From Heteronotia binoei (Eukaryota): DNA of 64,000 nt. Position numbers and translations under genes: made by a program. Where the stretch lies: contig NC_083228.1 of NCBI RefSeq assembly GCF_032191835.1, positions 115,506,001 to 115,570,000 on the forward strand. Direction: 5' to 3'. Every line of letters begins with the position of its first letter. Within the stretch, counting starts at the first letter, position 1. The notes below the pieces were generated by a model. The model was given only the letters and a program-made list of their open reading frames with translations, ran no database searches and was not told the origin of the DNA. Of the stretch, positions 1 to 12,059 are shown one piece after another.

Positions 1-1745
1 AGATTTGTATAAAAATAATTATGAAAAGCTTTGGCGGAAAATTGACGAAGATTTGATAAAATGGAATAAATTGAACTTGTCTATGCTGGGCAGAATTGCT
101 GCAATTAAAATGAATGTTCTACTTATGTTTCTATTTCAAACAATTCCAATTGTGAAGGGCAATAAACAATTCAGTAAATGGCAAACAAAAGTCTCAGAAT
201 TTGTATGGGAAGGCAAGAAACCAAGGATTAAAATGAAAATTTTAACTGATGCAAAGGGAAGGGGAGGTTTCCAATTGCCGGATTTAAAATTGTATCATGA
301 TGCAGTGTTTGGTGTGGATTAAAGATTGGATGACGTTATTAAATAAGAAACTGCTGGTTTTAGAAGGTCATGGAAATATTTTTGGTTGGCATGCATATAT
401 GTTTTATCGGAAAAACAAGATGGATGGCTTTTTCTCGCATCATTATATAAGAAGAAACTTGCTAAGTACTTGGGTAAAATATAAAAAGTGTGATGATGAC
501 AGAAAGGTGTTATGGATTGTGCCAACAGAAGTAATAAAATTATCTTCAGCAACTGATGCAGGGATGTGGTAACATGCAATCAATTATTACAGATACAGGG
601 AGGAAAGGTGGAACTCAAATCAATTGAAGAATTACAGTATAAATATAATTGGTTTCAACTGGAACAAATTAAGAGTTTGGTGGAACAGGACATTAAAAGT
701 GAAGGTATTATACAAGAGCAAACAGAATTGGAAAAAATGCTGTTGGGAAATAATGAAAAATTGATTTCAAGAATTTATAAATTATTATTGAAATGGTCTA
801 CAGAAGATGAGGTAGTTAAACCTCAAATGATTAAATGGGCAATTAATTTAAACAAAGAAATACAAATGGAATCATGGGAGTATTTGTGGAAGAACTCTAT
901 GAAAATATCGATATGTTATAATATTAAAGAAAATTGTTTCAAAATGCTATATAGATGGTATATGACACCTAAGAAACTTGCAAAAATGAACCATCAGGTG
1001 TCAGACAGGTGTTGGAAATGTAAAAAACATGAAGGATCTTTCTACCATATGTGGTGGACTTGTGAAAAGGCAAAGCAATTTTGGCAAATGATCCAGCAAG
1101 AAATGTCAAAAATTCTAGGCTATGACATTAAGAGGTCTCCAGACTCTTTTTGTTTGGGATTACAAATGGAAAGTTTTCTGAAACAAGATAGAACTTTATT
1201 GTGGTATCTGTTTTCAGCAGCACAGTTATGGAAGAAAGACAAAATACCAGAAAAATGGGATTGGGTTTTAAAAACTATTTCTTGGAGTGAAATGGATAAA
1301 ATTACAAGATTTTTAAAAGACTATGATATGGAGAAATTTAGAAAAGAATGGGAGAAATTTCAAAAATATCTTGAAAAATACTGAAAGGTAAAGGGATACT
1401 TAGTGATTTTTAATAATATCTGAACTGTGATGGAATAATGGACAAAAAAAAGAGCTTTTCAGAATAAAAGGTGTAAGAAGAAAAAAAAGTAAAGACGGAC
1501 TTATAGACTATACCTTTATCCTTTTTTTATTATCTATAGTTATAGAACTTTAAAACGAGGATTCTTGATAACATTACCTTGTATTTTTTTTTGTTTATAA
1601 TTTTAAGTAACACCGGCGGGGGTTAAGAAAAGGGGGAGAAGAGGAGGGGTGAAAAGTGCGATGTATTGTTCTCATAACATAATGTCTTTATTGTTTTTTT
1701 AGAGTATAGTAATATGTTGCGTATTAATAAAATTTGCTTTACATA
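1..1745 (+). mobile_element. Degraded 3' part of an A-rich L1/Tx1-clade LINE (ORF2 post-RT region, CCHC knuckle, 3'UTR)
   Basis: Frameshifted ORFs 5..322, 297..572 and 566..1384 carry L1 motifs: LSMLGRIAAIKMNVL, KGRGGFQLPDLKLY, RWYMTP...CWKCKKHEGSFYHMWWTC. A T-rich 3'UTR with a purine tract and AATAAA follows. The 5' part is off-window. Confidence 0.9.
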
Positions 1746-2422
1746 AAGTTAACATATTGTTTATAAATATTTTCTTGCATACACAAAGCTTACTTTCAAT
1801 CACACAGTGAAGATGTTTGTGCTGTGGTGTCAGTAGCTACTGAAGCAATTAAAAAAAAATCTGCACAGCCAATCAAATTTCCAATGGTTAATAGAAGCCC
1901 TATCTACCAGCTGGCCTTATCTACTTTCTAAAAACGTTTAGCATGCACCAGTTAAGGTATTGGTGGACACCATGGTGCCTATGGGTACTGCACGGCAGAT
2001 CCTGCTTTATACAATATAATTTATTATTATAATATTATAAAATTATATAACCTTTTGCATGGGCATGTAGAAGCAAAGGAGATCCTGTCCAAAAGAGAAA
2101 CAAGACTTCACTGAGATAACTCATCTACTGGGATTTGGATTAAATGCATTTCTGTGCCAGAAGCAGCAAGATTACGTCCCATTAAGAAGTTACATTTTTT
2201 TCACTGATCACTGAAGTGGCTACTGCACGGTTCCCCTGTGGAGTCATCTGTTCATGTTGGAGATTCATCTCGAGAGATACACGACTACCTATTACAAGCT
2301 TACAACAAATATATCTTGGCTCAATATTGATTATATTGGCAGGTATAATCAATACCGATTACAAATTTTCATTATAATATTTCAGAGCTTTCAGTCAGTC
2401 ACTTTCTCAGCAGAAATCATGT

Positions 2423-2725
2423 TTAGGGTTGCCAGCCCCCAGGTGCAGATGTTCCCCTGCTTTTGGGAGTTTTGATCTGCTTCCCCAAACAGGGACGTCG
2501 CATGATGACACTCTGGTTTTTGGGCAAACTCCATGGTTTTGAAGGCAAAAAACCCATATAAAAAGGTAAAGGTAGTCCCCTGTGCAAGCACCAGTCGTTT
2601 TCGACTCTGGGGTGACATTACTTTCACAATAGTTTTGCCCCCCAAAACAGTGTGTCATGCATGATGACATCACTTCTGGGTGATATCATGCATGACATCC
2701 CCCACTCACCCCTGAATGCCCCCCA
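2423..2725. mobile_element. hAT-like MITE fragment containing a short Sauria SINE 3' piece (~2560-2625)
   Basis: Begins TAGGGTTGCCAG, a terminus shared with other MITE copies. Internal AAAGGTAAAGGTAGTCCCCTGTGCAAGCACCAGTCG matches the SINE at 47264. Confidence 0.6.
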
Positions 2726-3619
2726 AATTGTCTTTTCTTACAATTTTTTTTCTAATTTAACTCAACATTTTAACAGACTTTCACAAGACGCTCATCACAT
2801 AATCTAGAAATCTTTCTGCATTTTTATTTAATTAAAATTGAATATTAGTATAAAGATAGAAGAAAGGAAGTACATAAACGCTTAAATAAATAAAACAAAT
2901 GGTTATGGACAATCATTTTACCAGATGCGCTTCAAAATGTATACTCTAAGACTGGTGACGTGTTGTCTTGAACAATTTGCCTGCCCTTTCCCACTGAGCT
3001 TTTTATAAAGACAGCTGAATAACATGCAGGAAGGGCATTCTATCACAGAGAAGCAGCTATAATAGTCATGGCTTTTGCTTAACCATATCTGTTGCAGAAT
3101 AAGCTTTGACAGAGGCTTGTTTCCAGCATTTTTGTTCTCATAGCTCCTGTACTTTTAAAAATAATATGACCAACAAAGATAATCTCCTTTCCCATCACTA
3201 TATTCCATACTAGGTTATGACTGCACATGTTACCTTTTGGTCTCTTATGAACATAGAATGGTGCAACGTATTTCTGCACTCTACAATTTTATGAGAGAGG
3301 CCGTATCTCACTGTTGAGGGACACACTTCTCATGCAGTACACTGCAGGTTCAATTCCTGCTATTTCCAGCTGGATCTTAATTAGTTGGGCTAGAACGGGA
3401 CACTGCCTGAGTTTTGGAGAGCCACTGCCAGCATCAGACGGTAATTGACTTGGCTTGCCTCAAAATAAAGCAGATTTCTATGTTCACCTTCCAGGTACAA
3501 TGAAACACCTCTGAAGAAGAATGGAGCTGAATAGTTCCCTGATAGCTGCAACCTCTAATCTTTGGCTTGATTGCCAGGTACACCTGCTTCTGGGGAAAGC
3601 CAGAATTGACCACAATTGC

Positions 3620-3900
3620 ATACAACTTGGTAACTTCCAGATTTGACTACTGTGCACTCTCCTTGGGGCTGCCTTTGTAGATATTTCTGTAACTTCAACT
3701 GGTTCAGCATGCAGTGCATAGGATGTTAATAAATGCTGATTGTAGTGAGCATATCATACCTGTGCTATGTGAACCAAACTGGCTTCTCTTTTGTTGCAGG
3801 AACCCACAATGTCTGAAGTTCACCTAGCAGGAACTCGTAAAAGCTTTCTTGGCAACCACCCCTGGATCTTTGGAACCTTCTTTCTCCTGTCTCTTGCTCA
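3620..3900 (+). mobile_element. Old L2 LINE 3' fragment
   Basis: Degenerate DYC..GLP..LQLVQ..EHI.PVL coding remnants resemble the L2 copies at 42.6 kb and 52 kb. Confidence 0.55.
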
Positions 3901-3994
3901 AGCTTTTTGACACTAGTTGCAGTTCATGAAGCCCTCTTTTATTTAATTTCTCACTACTGTTTACTTATTTTTAAAAATGTTTTTACATGGAAGT

Positions 3995-4753
3995 TGTCCC
4001 GCCCAGCCCGGGCGGGGACTGCGCAGAGGAGACCCCCCGGCGCCTGCCAGCCGTTCCAAGCCCTCGTCGTCGCCCCAAGAGCCTTCCCCACCTCTCCAAG
4101 CCCCCGTGGCGGCCCCACCCCTCACCTCGACTGACGGGGCGCCAGCAGCCACCCGAGCGACGCCTCCCAGACGACGAGCCCGGCTCCGAGTCAGCGAAGT
4201 CTGGCCAGGGCAAGACGCCAGGGACCAAGAGGGAGAAGCTGAGCCCAGCACCGAGCCAGGAGGAGGAGAGCCGTTCGTCTCGTCGCAGCACGAGACGCCC
4301 CATCGCAGCATGCAGCCGAGGGCTAGGACGCCCGAGGCACGCCCAGTCAGCCCAGCCCTGGCTCGCCTCTCCCGGGCGTCTGGGGCTTTGAAGGGGGGAG
4401 GAGCCAGAGAGGGGCAGGACCCGGGAAGGGGGAAGGTTGGGTCGGGAAGCATAAAAGGAGGGAGGGAGGAGGTCACGGAGGAAGCTGGCTGATGCTCAAA
4501 GAGGCTGCCTCGCAAGAGAGAGGGACAGGAGCCGCAGCACAGCCAGGAGGGGAATGGGGGCCTGCGGTAAAGTAACCCAGCGCCCACCCCCCTGTTTCTG
4601 AGACCTCCAGGGAATGCCCCAGAGTGCCCGGGAGGGGCAACGGCGACGCCGGGAGACCGGGAGGGGTACCGAAGACCCAACAGAAGTTTACTGTTTTCTG
4701 TATTATTAATCGTTGTAATCCTCCTTGAGCATTTGTAATAGAAAGGTCCCACA
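3995..4753 (+). mobile_element. Probable solo LTR (Gypsy/ERV-like), CpG-rich
   Basis: Abrupt GC/CpG-rich 760-bp block in AT-rich intron. It has TGT...ACA ends, a TATA-like GCATAAAAGG at ~4448 and a T-rich U5-like 3' end. No clean TSD, so boundaries are uncertain. Confidence 0.5.
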
Positions 4754-4963
4754 AAAATGCATTAAATTTAAAAAAAAACATGCTTGGGATGAGCTATCTC
4801 TCATAGCAACCACCACTGTGCAACAGGACTAGTTCCAATTTGGTTTTAAAATCTTACTCCAGCTTTATAGGAAAAGTTACTTACTCTATTATTTTCAACA
4901 AATATGTACTTAGGAAAAATGAATTTTATTTAAAATGTTAATTTGTAGTGACTACAAACATAC

Positions 4964-5127
4964 CCTTTTCATCGGATTTATCTCTTACTGCTAAGGTATC
5001 ATTGCTCAGTGATACAGTTTGAGCATTTAGTATATCAGTTCTCATTCCTGGAAACTTTGGAGAGGAAATTAAACGTCCTTCATAGGAATATAGATAGATT
5101 CCTCCACCATCTACAAGAAGAAAATGC
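4964..5127 (-). CDS. IFT80: IFT80 exon (probably 12), 164 bp: (R)[54 protein letters not shown]
   Basis: Near-identical to recalled vertebrate IFT80. Acceptor AG at 5128-5129, donor GT at 4962-4963, phase fits the previous exon. Confidence 0.97.
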
Positions 5128-5261
5128 CTAAAATAAGCAAACACAATTAACTGATTAACAATTTGAAGAGAATGCTATTTACGTATTTGTTGAAATTAAT
5201 CTATAATTTTTATATAAATTACTCATAGTACTGTCAATTGTCATTTATTGAGTTAGAACAA

Positions 5262-5830
5262 AGTTTGAGTCCAATGGCACCTTTAAGACCAACAGAGTTT
5301 TATTCGGTATAAGCTTTCGTGTGCATTCACACTTCTTCAGATACAATGGAATTTAAGTTATCACTCCATACATATAGGCAGAAGTTGAGCAGTAAATCAG
5401 CATACCACATAGTGAAGATATTCAACAGATTCAAGGACCAAACAGGAATAACAAGCATAGTTTATATGGTCAAAATTTGTTCAGGTTTAATTCTGGGGAG
5501 AACATATTGAAGGAAATAAATATGTCAGAATTGGAGATTAATGGGCAGATGTATCCTTAATTGTGGGATGCTGAGAGTAATTAACTGAGACCCTGCCATT
5601 CCTCTCCCTCCATCTCCTTTCAAGCATGGAGGCAACCATACAGCATCTTCTTTTATAAAGTGGGGTGATTGGCTGTGTAGAGTTATCTCCCCTGTCCCTA
5701 GACCAGAGAAATACATTCCAATCTACCATTCCAAATCAGAAATAAAATGAAGAGGTTGTATGTCCCTTCTGGGGGTTTGGTGAGAATACAGATAAAAGGA
5801 CTGAATGAAGAGAGCATATGTAGAGAGATA
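5262..5830 (-). mobile_element. Penelope-like element 3' end/pLTR (family A)
   Basis: Contains the hammerhead motif and the terminal AATAAAACT..GTTGGTCTTAAAGGTGCCA. Aligns by eye with 39650-39860 plus 40450-40700, which continue from a GIY-YIG ORF end. Confidence 0.8.
5307..5344 (-). ncRNA. Minimal type I hammerhead ribozyme motif (PLE-associated, dimer-type)
   Basis: Minus strand reads GUAU-CUGAAGA-A-GUGUG(AAUG)CACAC-GAAA-GCU-U-AUAC: stem I 4 bp, stem II 5 bp, palindromic AGCU stem III. Confidence 0.75.
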
Positions 5831-5854
5831 AGGAACAAATATCTCTGTTAAATC

Positions 5855-5940
5855 CTCGGGATTCTATTATCACTGGACCTAACAACATCAACACAAACTT
5901 TGTTCTGCTGCTTCAGACCAACACAGCTACCTATCTTAAT
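5855..5940 (+). mobile_element. Inverted PLE fragment (ITGPNNI codons joined to pLTR end)
   Basis: ATCACTGGACCTAACAACATC followed by AAACTTTGTTCTGCTGCTTCAGACCAACACAGCTACC. Confidence 0.5.
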
Positions 5941-6691
5941 TTATTTAATTTTTTAGACCAATATAAAAACTGGTAGTGTGAAAACACTAGTATTTGTAAT
6001 CCCAAAATATTACCATTATACTTTTAGTATCTGACCAAACACTTCTCTGCAGAGGGCTTTTAGACATAAATTCATTTACTTAAATGATTTAGAATTTTTA
6101 GCAATATGTGTTGCATTGTGAAACTGAGGTTATTAGATTACTTGAGTGCAACAACTATATTGAGTGATCGATATCTTAAAACAGATTGTTCATGGAGAAC
6201 TGTACAGAAGTACATAGCTGTTACAGATGGAATGATCAGGCAATCTGTAGAGAGTCATGGGATTTCATGTTTCCTCTCCCAGCTCCTTTCCATCCAAAGT
6301 ATGTATTCCCAAAAGGTCTAAAACTTGTACTACCATTAGCCATGTTTACAACTAGCCAGGGTTCCCATTTAATTCAGTCCTGACTTACGCAGGAACCCTG
6401 TTTAACTTTCACTGCAGTTTACAATACTGCTGTGCAATCCACAGAGATAAGAATGAGCTTCAAAATGGGAGGTGGTAAGAAGTTACAAGCAAGTTCCCAA
6501 TGATTTAAACAACATGCTACAGAAAAGGCAACAATGCCTCAGACCCAGTTAAAATACTGCTTCTCAGTCAGTATCACTGGAGGCAAGCATTGACATTCAC
6601 ATATTTGTCCAAATGATCCTATGGGCCCACCATGCTTAAGGCAGTGTTTTTAAATAAATGTAACAATAAGGTAATGTAATAAACAAGTTAC

Positions 6692-6766
6692 CTTTCTGCT
6701 TGCAAAATCAAACTCACAGTTCCTTCTTTGAGGTCAAAGATTAATGGTGTATTCCAGTTTTTAATT
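6692..6766 (-). CDS. IFT80: IFT80 exon (probably 11), 75 bp: (S)[24 protein letters not shown](R)
   Basis: Translation matches IFT80. AG/GT boundaries, phase continuous. Confidence 0.97.
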
Positions 6767-7695
6767 CTAAAATGATAAAGGGCAGAGGCAATACACATTA
6801 AAATACCATTAACGCAAGAGTCAGTTCAGATACACATTTTATAGTGTAAACAAGCAGTTATGTCTTTCTAAGCCCAATGAAGAGGGTAACTCTGCCTAGA
6901 ACTGCGCTGTTAGTTTAATACCTGTAGGTTATAATGATGTTCAAAAATGAAATATCTGAAACAAATGTATTTTAAAATTTGAAACAAGACAGAAAGCAGA
7001 TAAAAATACATCTTTCAGATAGCTTTTTTGTACATTGTGTTGAATCCAGCCAACTGGATTGCAGAATCTTGCCCAATGCCCCTCCTTACTACAGTCCCAG
7101 CCCCACTTGGCTTTTGTCCATGCAGGTCCCAGAATTCCCAGCATAGTCTTTTTGGGTGGTTGAGGGGGATATTACCAGCTGGAAAGCTGGTTGGATCCAA
7201 TCCATTTCAGATTTCTCCAAATCCATATAAAAGCTGGTTACAGTTGGGATGATTCAGAAGTATATCCATATGCACAGGATCTGCATGCCTACTAAAAATT
7301 TACTGAGGTTCCCTTGAAGCAACTCTCTCACACCACAATAACAGTGTTTTAAAATCAAGATTAAAAAAGTTGTTCAGGGGTTTGGCACCAGTGATGCTTA
7401 AAAGGAAACAAAAATAATGGACAGTTGCACCAGGAGAATCTTGTTAAGCACTAACATATGGCTTTACTCTGAAGATTTCTCACTCATGCTAGAACAAACG
7501 AAGCCAGCCAATTCCATGTGCAATTATGAAAAGTTTATGACATTTCGTTTAGATTTATGGAATATACACCCATTAAAGAATGGATGCTTCCCAAATCAAA
7601 TCATGTAGAAGCTATTAGGTAGAAAACTAACATTTTTGCCATTTATCACACAGATCAGATGACTCAAATAATGTCTCATTAATTCAAGCTGCTTA

Positions 7696-7815
<120 letters not shown>

Positions 7816-9639
7816 CTAACAGAAACAAGAGACTATGGTTAAAATTTAAATAATTAACAAAACAGAAGCAGAACATAACATTAGGCTTATTCTCGGGTCT
7901 CAAAACTACGCAGACCACTAAAAATAATATTTCAGTACGTGCTTATATTCTTAATAATTTTTGGAATAATAATAATAATATTTCGATATTTGTACCCATC
8001 AAACTTACACATTACAATGTCATAATGTTTGTGATTAAAGCCTTTCTAACTGACTAGACAAAAACATTCGGATTTATTCATTTTTGCATAGGAAAGCTAA
8101 TATTTTTTAAAGCATTGGGTTAGATCCTACCAGGTCTTCTGTTGGCACAAGAAGAAGGGATCATTAAAATCATATGCATTTTAAAAATATAAAATGTTAG
8201 ATTCAACTACAGTGAGGAGAAGAACTGGGCAAGATAGTTCTTTTTATACCAGCGGAAAAGCTGGAAGGCTTTCTCTGTTTATCTTTGCTAATAATAATAA
8301 CAACTCTATTTATCTTTGCTAATAATAATAAATAATATCAACAGTAATTAAAATAGAACAATAAGACTGAAAAGATGCAAAACTACAATATGCATTGCTA
8401 CTATGTGACCTTAAGTCCAAACATATACAGAATTCACCAAAATAATAGATATCTATTAAAACATCTGCAGTTGAATGAACCAGTATTTTCTTTATAAACA
8501 ATCTCTAAAGGTAAAATTTATCCAATAGCAATGGGTATGACTAATGCAGATCAGAGTGTGCAATTGTCACAGGAAGAAGGGTATAATGCCTCCGTTATCT
8601 ACTGAGGGTGGACTAGAGTAAGAAGGTCTCATTTACTTAGTGAAGGCTGAGTTAGCAGCTATACATTATTCTTAGTAATCAAAATGGCCACAACAATGAC
8701 ATCAGGCTATGCTGCTTTCTGGGGAATTACAGGCCACAGATTACCCATATCTCTCCATTGCTACAAAGACTGCAATACATGAATGATGCCCCTGTTGCTA
8801 ACTAGAAACAGGAGACCCTAAGATGCTCCCTCCTGCAAAAGGATATGTGCTGCCCTGAGTGGACACAACCTATATTCATGGGCATAGATGGTTTATGCAA
8901 GGCTTTGTGTGTGTGCGTGTTCCCCCCACCCCTGTACTTAGCTGTATGGCTGGATCCTGACAAATGTGCACAGTTTCCCTGTCTGGATCTTGTCCAAATG
9001 AGAATGCACACAGTCTGTGTATGCTGTCAGTCTACACACAGACAAATATGCAGATTCATTTAGAAAGACATAGCTTCACAGAAATTGTTCACACTAGCTT
9101 TGCAGGAGAATTTTTCAGCCATCATAATGTATAATACTCCTATGGTGGGGGCCAAATGGAACTCTCCCATTGGCTAATGGGTGCATTCCATGCACTCAAC
9201 AAACAATTGGCCCATCTTGGCTCACTCAGCATCTCTGGCCTCCCACTAGCTGTCTCCCCTGCCCCCGCCTACTGCAGGCCTGGGAATGTTGAACAAACCA
9301 CCAAAACAGTCTTGCTTCAGAAAGAGACACATCTCCAATTCTTCTGTGTCCTCTCTGTCAACTGGCTTAAGGAAAAGCGTTGCCAGCAACAGACATTTGC
9401 CGTCCCATCAATGGCCCACGTGGACAGTCTCCCAGAACATGCTGCCTTCAAAGGCTGCAGAAATAGCCAAGGAGCTGTTGTTGTCATAATGTGACTAGGT
9501 GGCAAGGCCTGGCTCCGCTGAGAGTGTTTCCTCACATGCCATGGCTGCTGTTCTATCACTCTTTCTCTCCCACCTCAGCCTTGCCCCTAGCCAAAAGCTG
9601 TTGCTGAGCAACCAACTTCTGTCAGTAAAGGGCGAGGCC

Positions 9640-10990
9640 TCAGGTGAAAACAATCCACCCTCCAAAGCAGTTATTTTCTCCAGGATGGGAAGAGAGATCT
9701 GTTTGGAGTTCAGTTGATCCCAGGAGATCTTCAGGCTCCACCTGGAGATTGGCTATCCTAGGCCTAGCAGCACCCTCTGAGCGCCTTGATGCCACCTGTC
9801 TGGCATGACTTAGCTAGACCAGGCTGCTTGGTCCTGTTCGTCAGCAGTTCCCCCATGACAGCCAGTGTGACTTCGCAGCTGCCAACTCCAGGTTGGGAAA
9901 TTCCTGGAGATTTCAGGGGTGGAGCCTGGAAAGGATGGATTTGAGCAGGGGTGGGACAGATACAATGCCATAGACTCCACCCTCCAAACCAGCCGCTTCC
10001 TCCCAGGGAACCATTGTTGACAATCTCCAGATGAACAGCAACCAAAAGAGTAACGTGGAAAAAAGGAAGCAGGTAAGAAGCACTAAGGCATCCACGTTAA
10101 ACCAGCCTCAAATATTAAAATTCATAGATTTATAAATATAACATGGAATAAGTTTTATAACATGTATAAGTTTTCCATGTTATATTTATAAATCTATGAA
10201 TTTTCATATTTGAGGCTGGTTTATCGTGGATGCCTTAGTGCTTCTTACCTGCAATCTCCAGGTGAGGGCTGGAGATCACTCAGAATTACAACTCTCCAGA
10301 TGGCAAAGATAAGCTCTCCTGGAGAAAATGGCTGCTTTGCAGAGTGGACTCTGTGTCATTATATTCCTGCTTTGGTCCCCACTGTGGAGAAAGACTGTAC
10401 TTTTCCTAGGTATAGGATGTAGGGAGGGGGTAGGCGATGGAAAGCTGAAGTCAGATCAGTTCCTCTACAGAAAATGGCCACCATGAAGCGCATACTCTAT
10501 GGTATACCATAACACAACCAGGACAGGCAAAAAACCCCATATTCCACCACAAGCGCATGCTGATGCTAAATGATGCAAGGCTGAACATGACAGGAAAAGG
10601 CAGCAACAATGCACTGTAAACAAAGGAATGCTGAGCTTCAGCATCTGTGCGACTGTCATCATGCCCCCCCCCCCCCGCATCCTCTCCCCATAACTATTCT
10701 TTTGACTGGCTCCTTGCTCCTGATCAGCAGAGGCCTTGCTATGACAGCCAGTGTGACTTAGCACTTGCCAATTCCAGGTTGGGAAATTCCTTGAGAGCTG
10801 GAGCCTGGAGAGAGTAGGGTTTGAGGAGGGGTGGGACCTCATACAGGTACAATGCCATACACTCCACCCTCCAAACCAAACATTTCCTCCCAGGGAACCA
10901 CTGTTGCCAATGTCCAGGTGAGGGCTGGAGATCATTCAGAATTACAACTGCTCTCTAGATGGCAGAGATCAGCTTCCCCCTTGAGGTGTG
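9640..10990. mobile_element. Cluster of related hAT-like MITE copies (TAGGGTTGCCA-type family)
   Basis: Repeated GCCAACTCCAGGTTGGGAAATTCC / CTCCACCCTCCAAA / GGAGATC blocks in both orientations. Same family as 30989-31202. Confidence 0.65.
10069..10252. repeat. Near-perfect inverted repeat: 80-bp arms with 2 mismatches, 24-nt loop
   Basis: 10069-10148 is the reverse complement of 10173-10252. It lies within an insertion flanked by the 10-bp direct repeat CAATCTCCAG (10021-10030, 10252-10261). Confidence 0.95.
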
Positions 10991-11685
10991 TGTGTGTGGG
11001 GAAATGAATGTCTTCACTTGAGTGGGTGGGAAGACAGCAAGGGTGGGGGGGGGCACTCACCCAGAGCCTCTTTCCAGAGCCCATTGTATTTATTGCCTCA
11101 ATGGGCCTTATTCCTAATAAGATACATAATTTGAAAAAGAAGAACCTTGACCATACCAGCCCAGGAGAGCAAATGGAATCACACTGAATGTACTAGATAG
11201 CACTTTGTGAGTAATCTTCATGGAAAATTTACATTTGGAAAATGAAAGCCATAAAAAGGGGAAAGGATTTTTTCTTCTCTTGTACAAGGAAATACAAGTG
11301 AGAATTGATCATTCAAGGGTGGAACTTGCTAAACAATTTATTAGCAGTAAACCAGGGCAGGGCCACTAGGGTTCCAGTCAGCTCTGGTATTCTACTTATA
11401 AAATCATATAAAAGAGATGAGCTAGAGCTACTTTACAGTGGTGGGAAATGCCATGTTAGCCTTGCATTTTTCTTGCTTCCAAACTAAAAATGTAAGCTGG
11501 TTCTTCTAGTGTCTTCAGACTACTCTCATCCAAGAATTACTATCAGCATCCATAGGTCATTCACAGATAGTACTAGTAAGACTCCAGTGTATACCTATCT
11601 CACAAAGCTTTACAAGCTAAATATAACTAAAGCTTCAGGGATTACTAGACAGAATCATCAGTTACGATTCGATGTCTGGGAATGA

Positions 11686-12059
11686 ATGCAAAAATATGAA
11701 TTTTTACCTGCCAATTTGTCTTCTATATTCCCAGACACTGACTCATAACATCCCACCCAGTAGACAGATAGCCAATATAGAATTTCTGTTGTTGCAAGTT
11801 TTCCCAATTATATCTTCAGTATCAAAGAAGACTTCACTTCAGGGCAAAAGATATTTAGGTGCCTAATTACAGATTTGGGAGCCTAATGTTGGGCACCCAA
11901 CACTGAAAAGCTTGACTTGAACTCTAATACTGACTGTATAATTGGGAAAACTTGTAACAACAGAAATTGTATATTATCTCTCTGTCCTTTGGGTGGGTTA
12001 TGAGTCAGTGTCTGGATGGTCAGAACGTTTAGCAGGTAAAAATACCCATTTATGCATTT
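11686..12059. repeat. Diverged ~370-bp palindrome (fold-back/MITE-like)
   Basis: TTTTTACCTGC, CCAGACACTGACTCATAAC and AATTTCTGTTGTT.CAAGTTTTCCCAATTATA each recur in reverse complement at mirrored positions. Confidence 0.85.

Noticed and set aside
3961-4752. Overlapping 106-263 aa ORFs on both strands
   Set aside because: GC-rich sequence lacks stops; the translations are low-complexity with no recognisable domain. Better explained as an LTR-like insert.
1-4963. Next IFT80 exon downstream (and the preceding exon beyond 57826)
   Set aside because: No matching sequence found by eye; presumed to lie outside the window.
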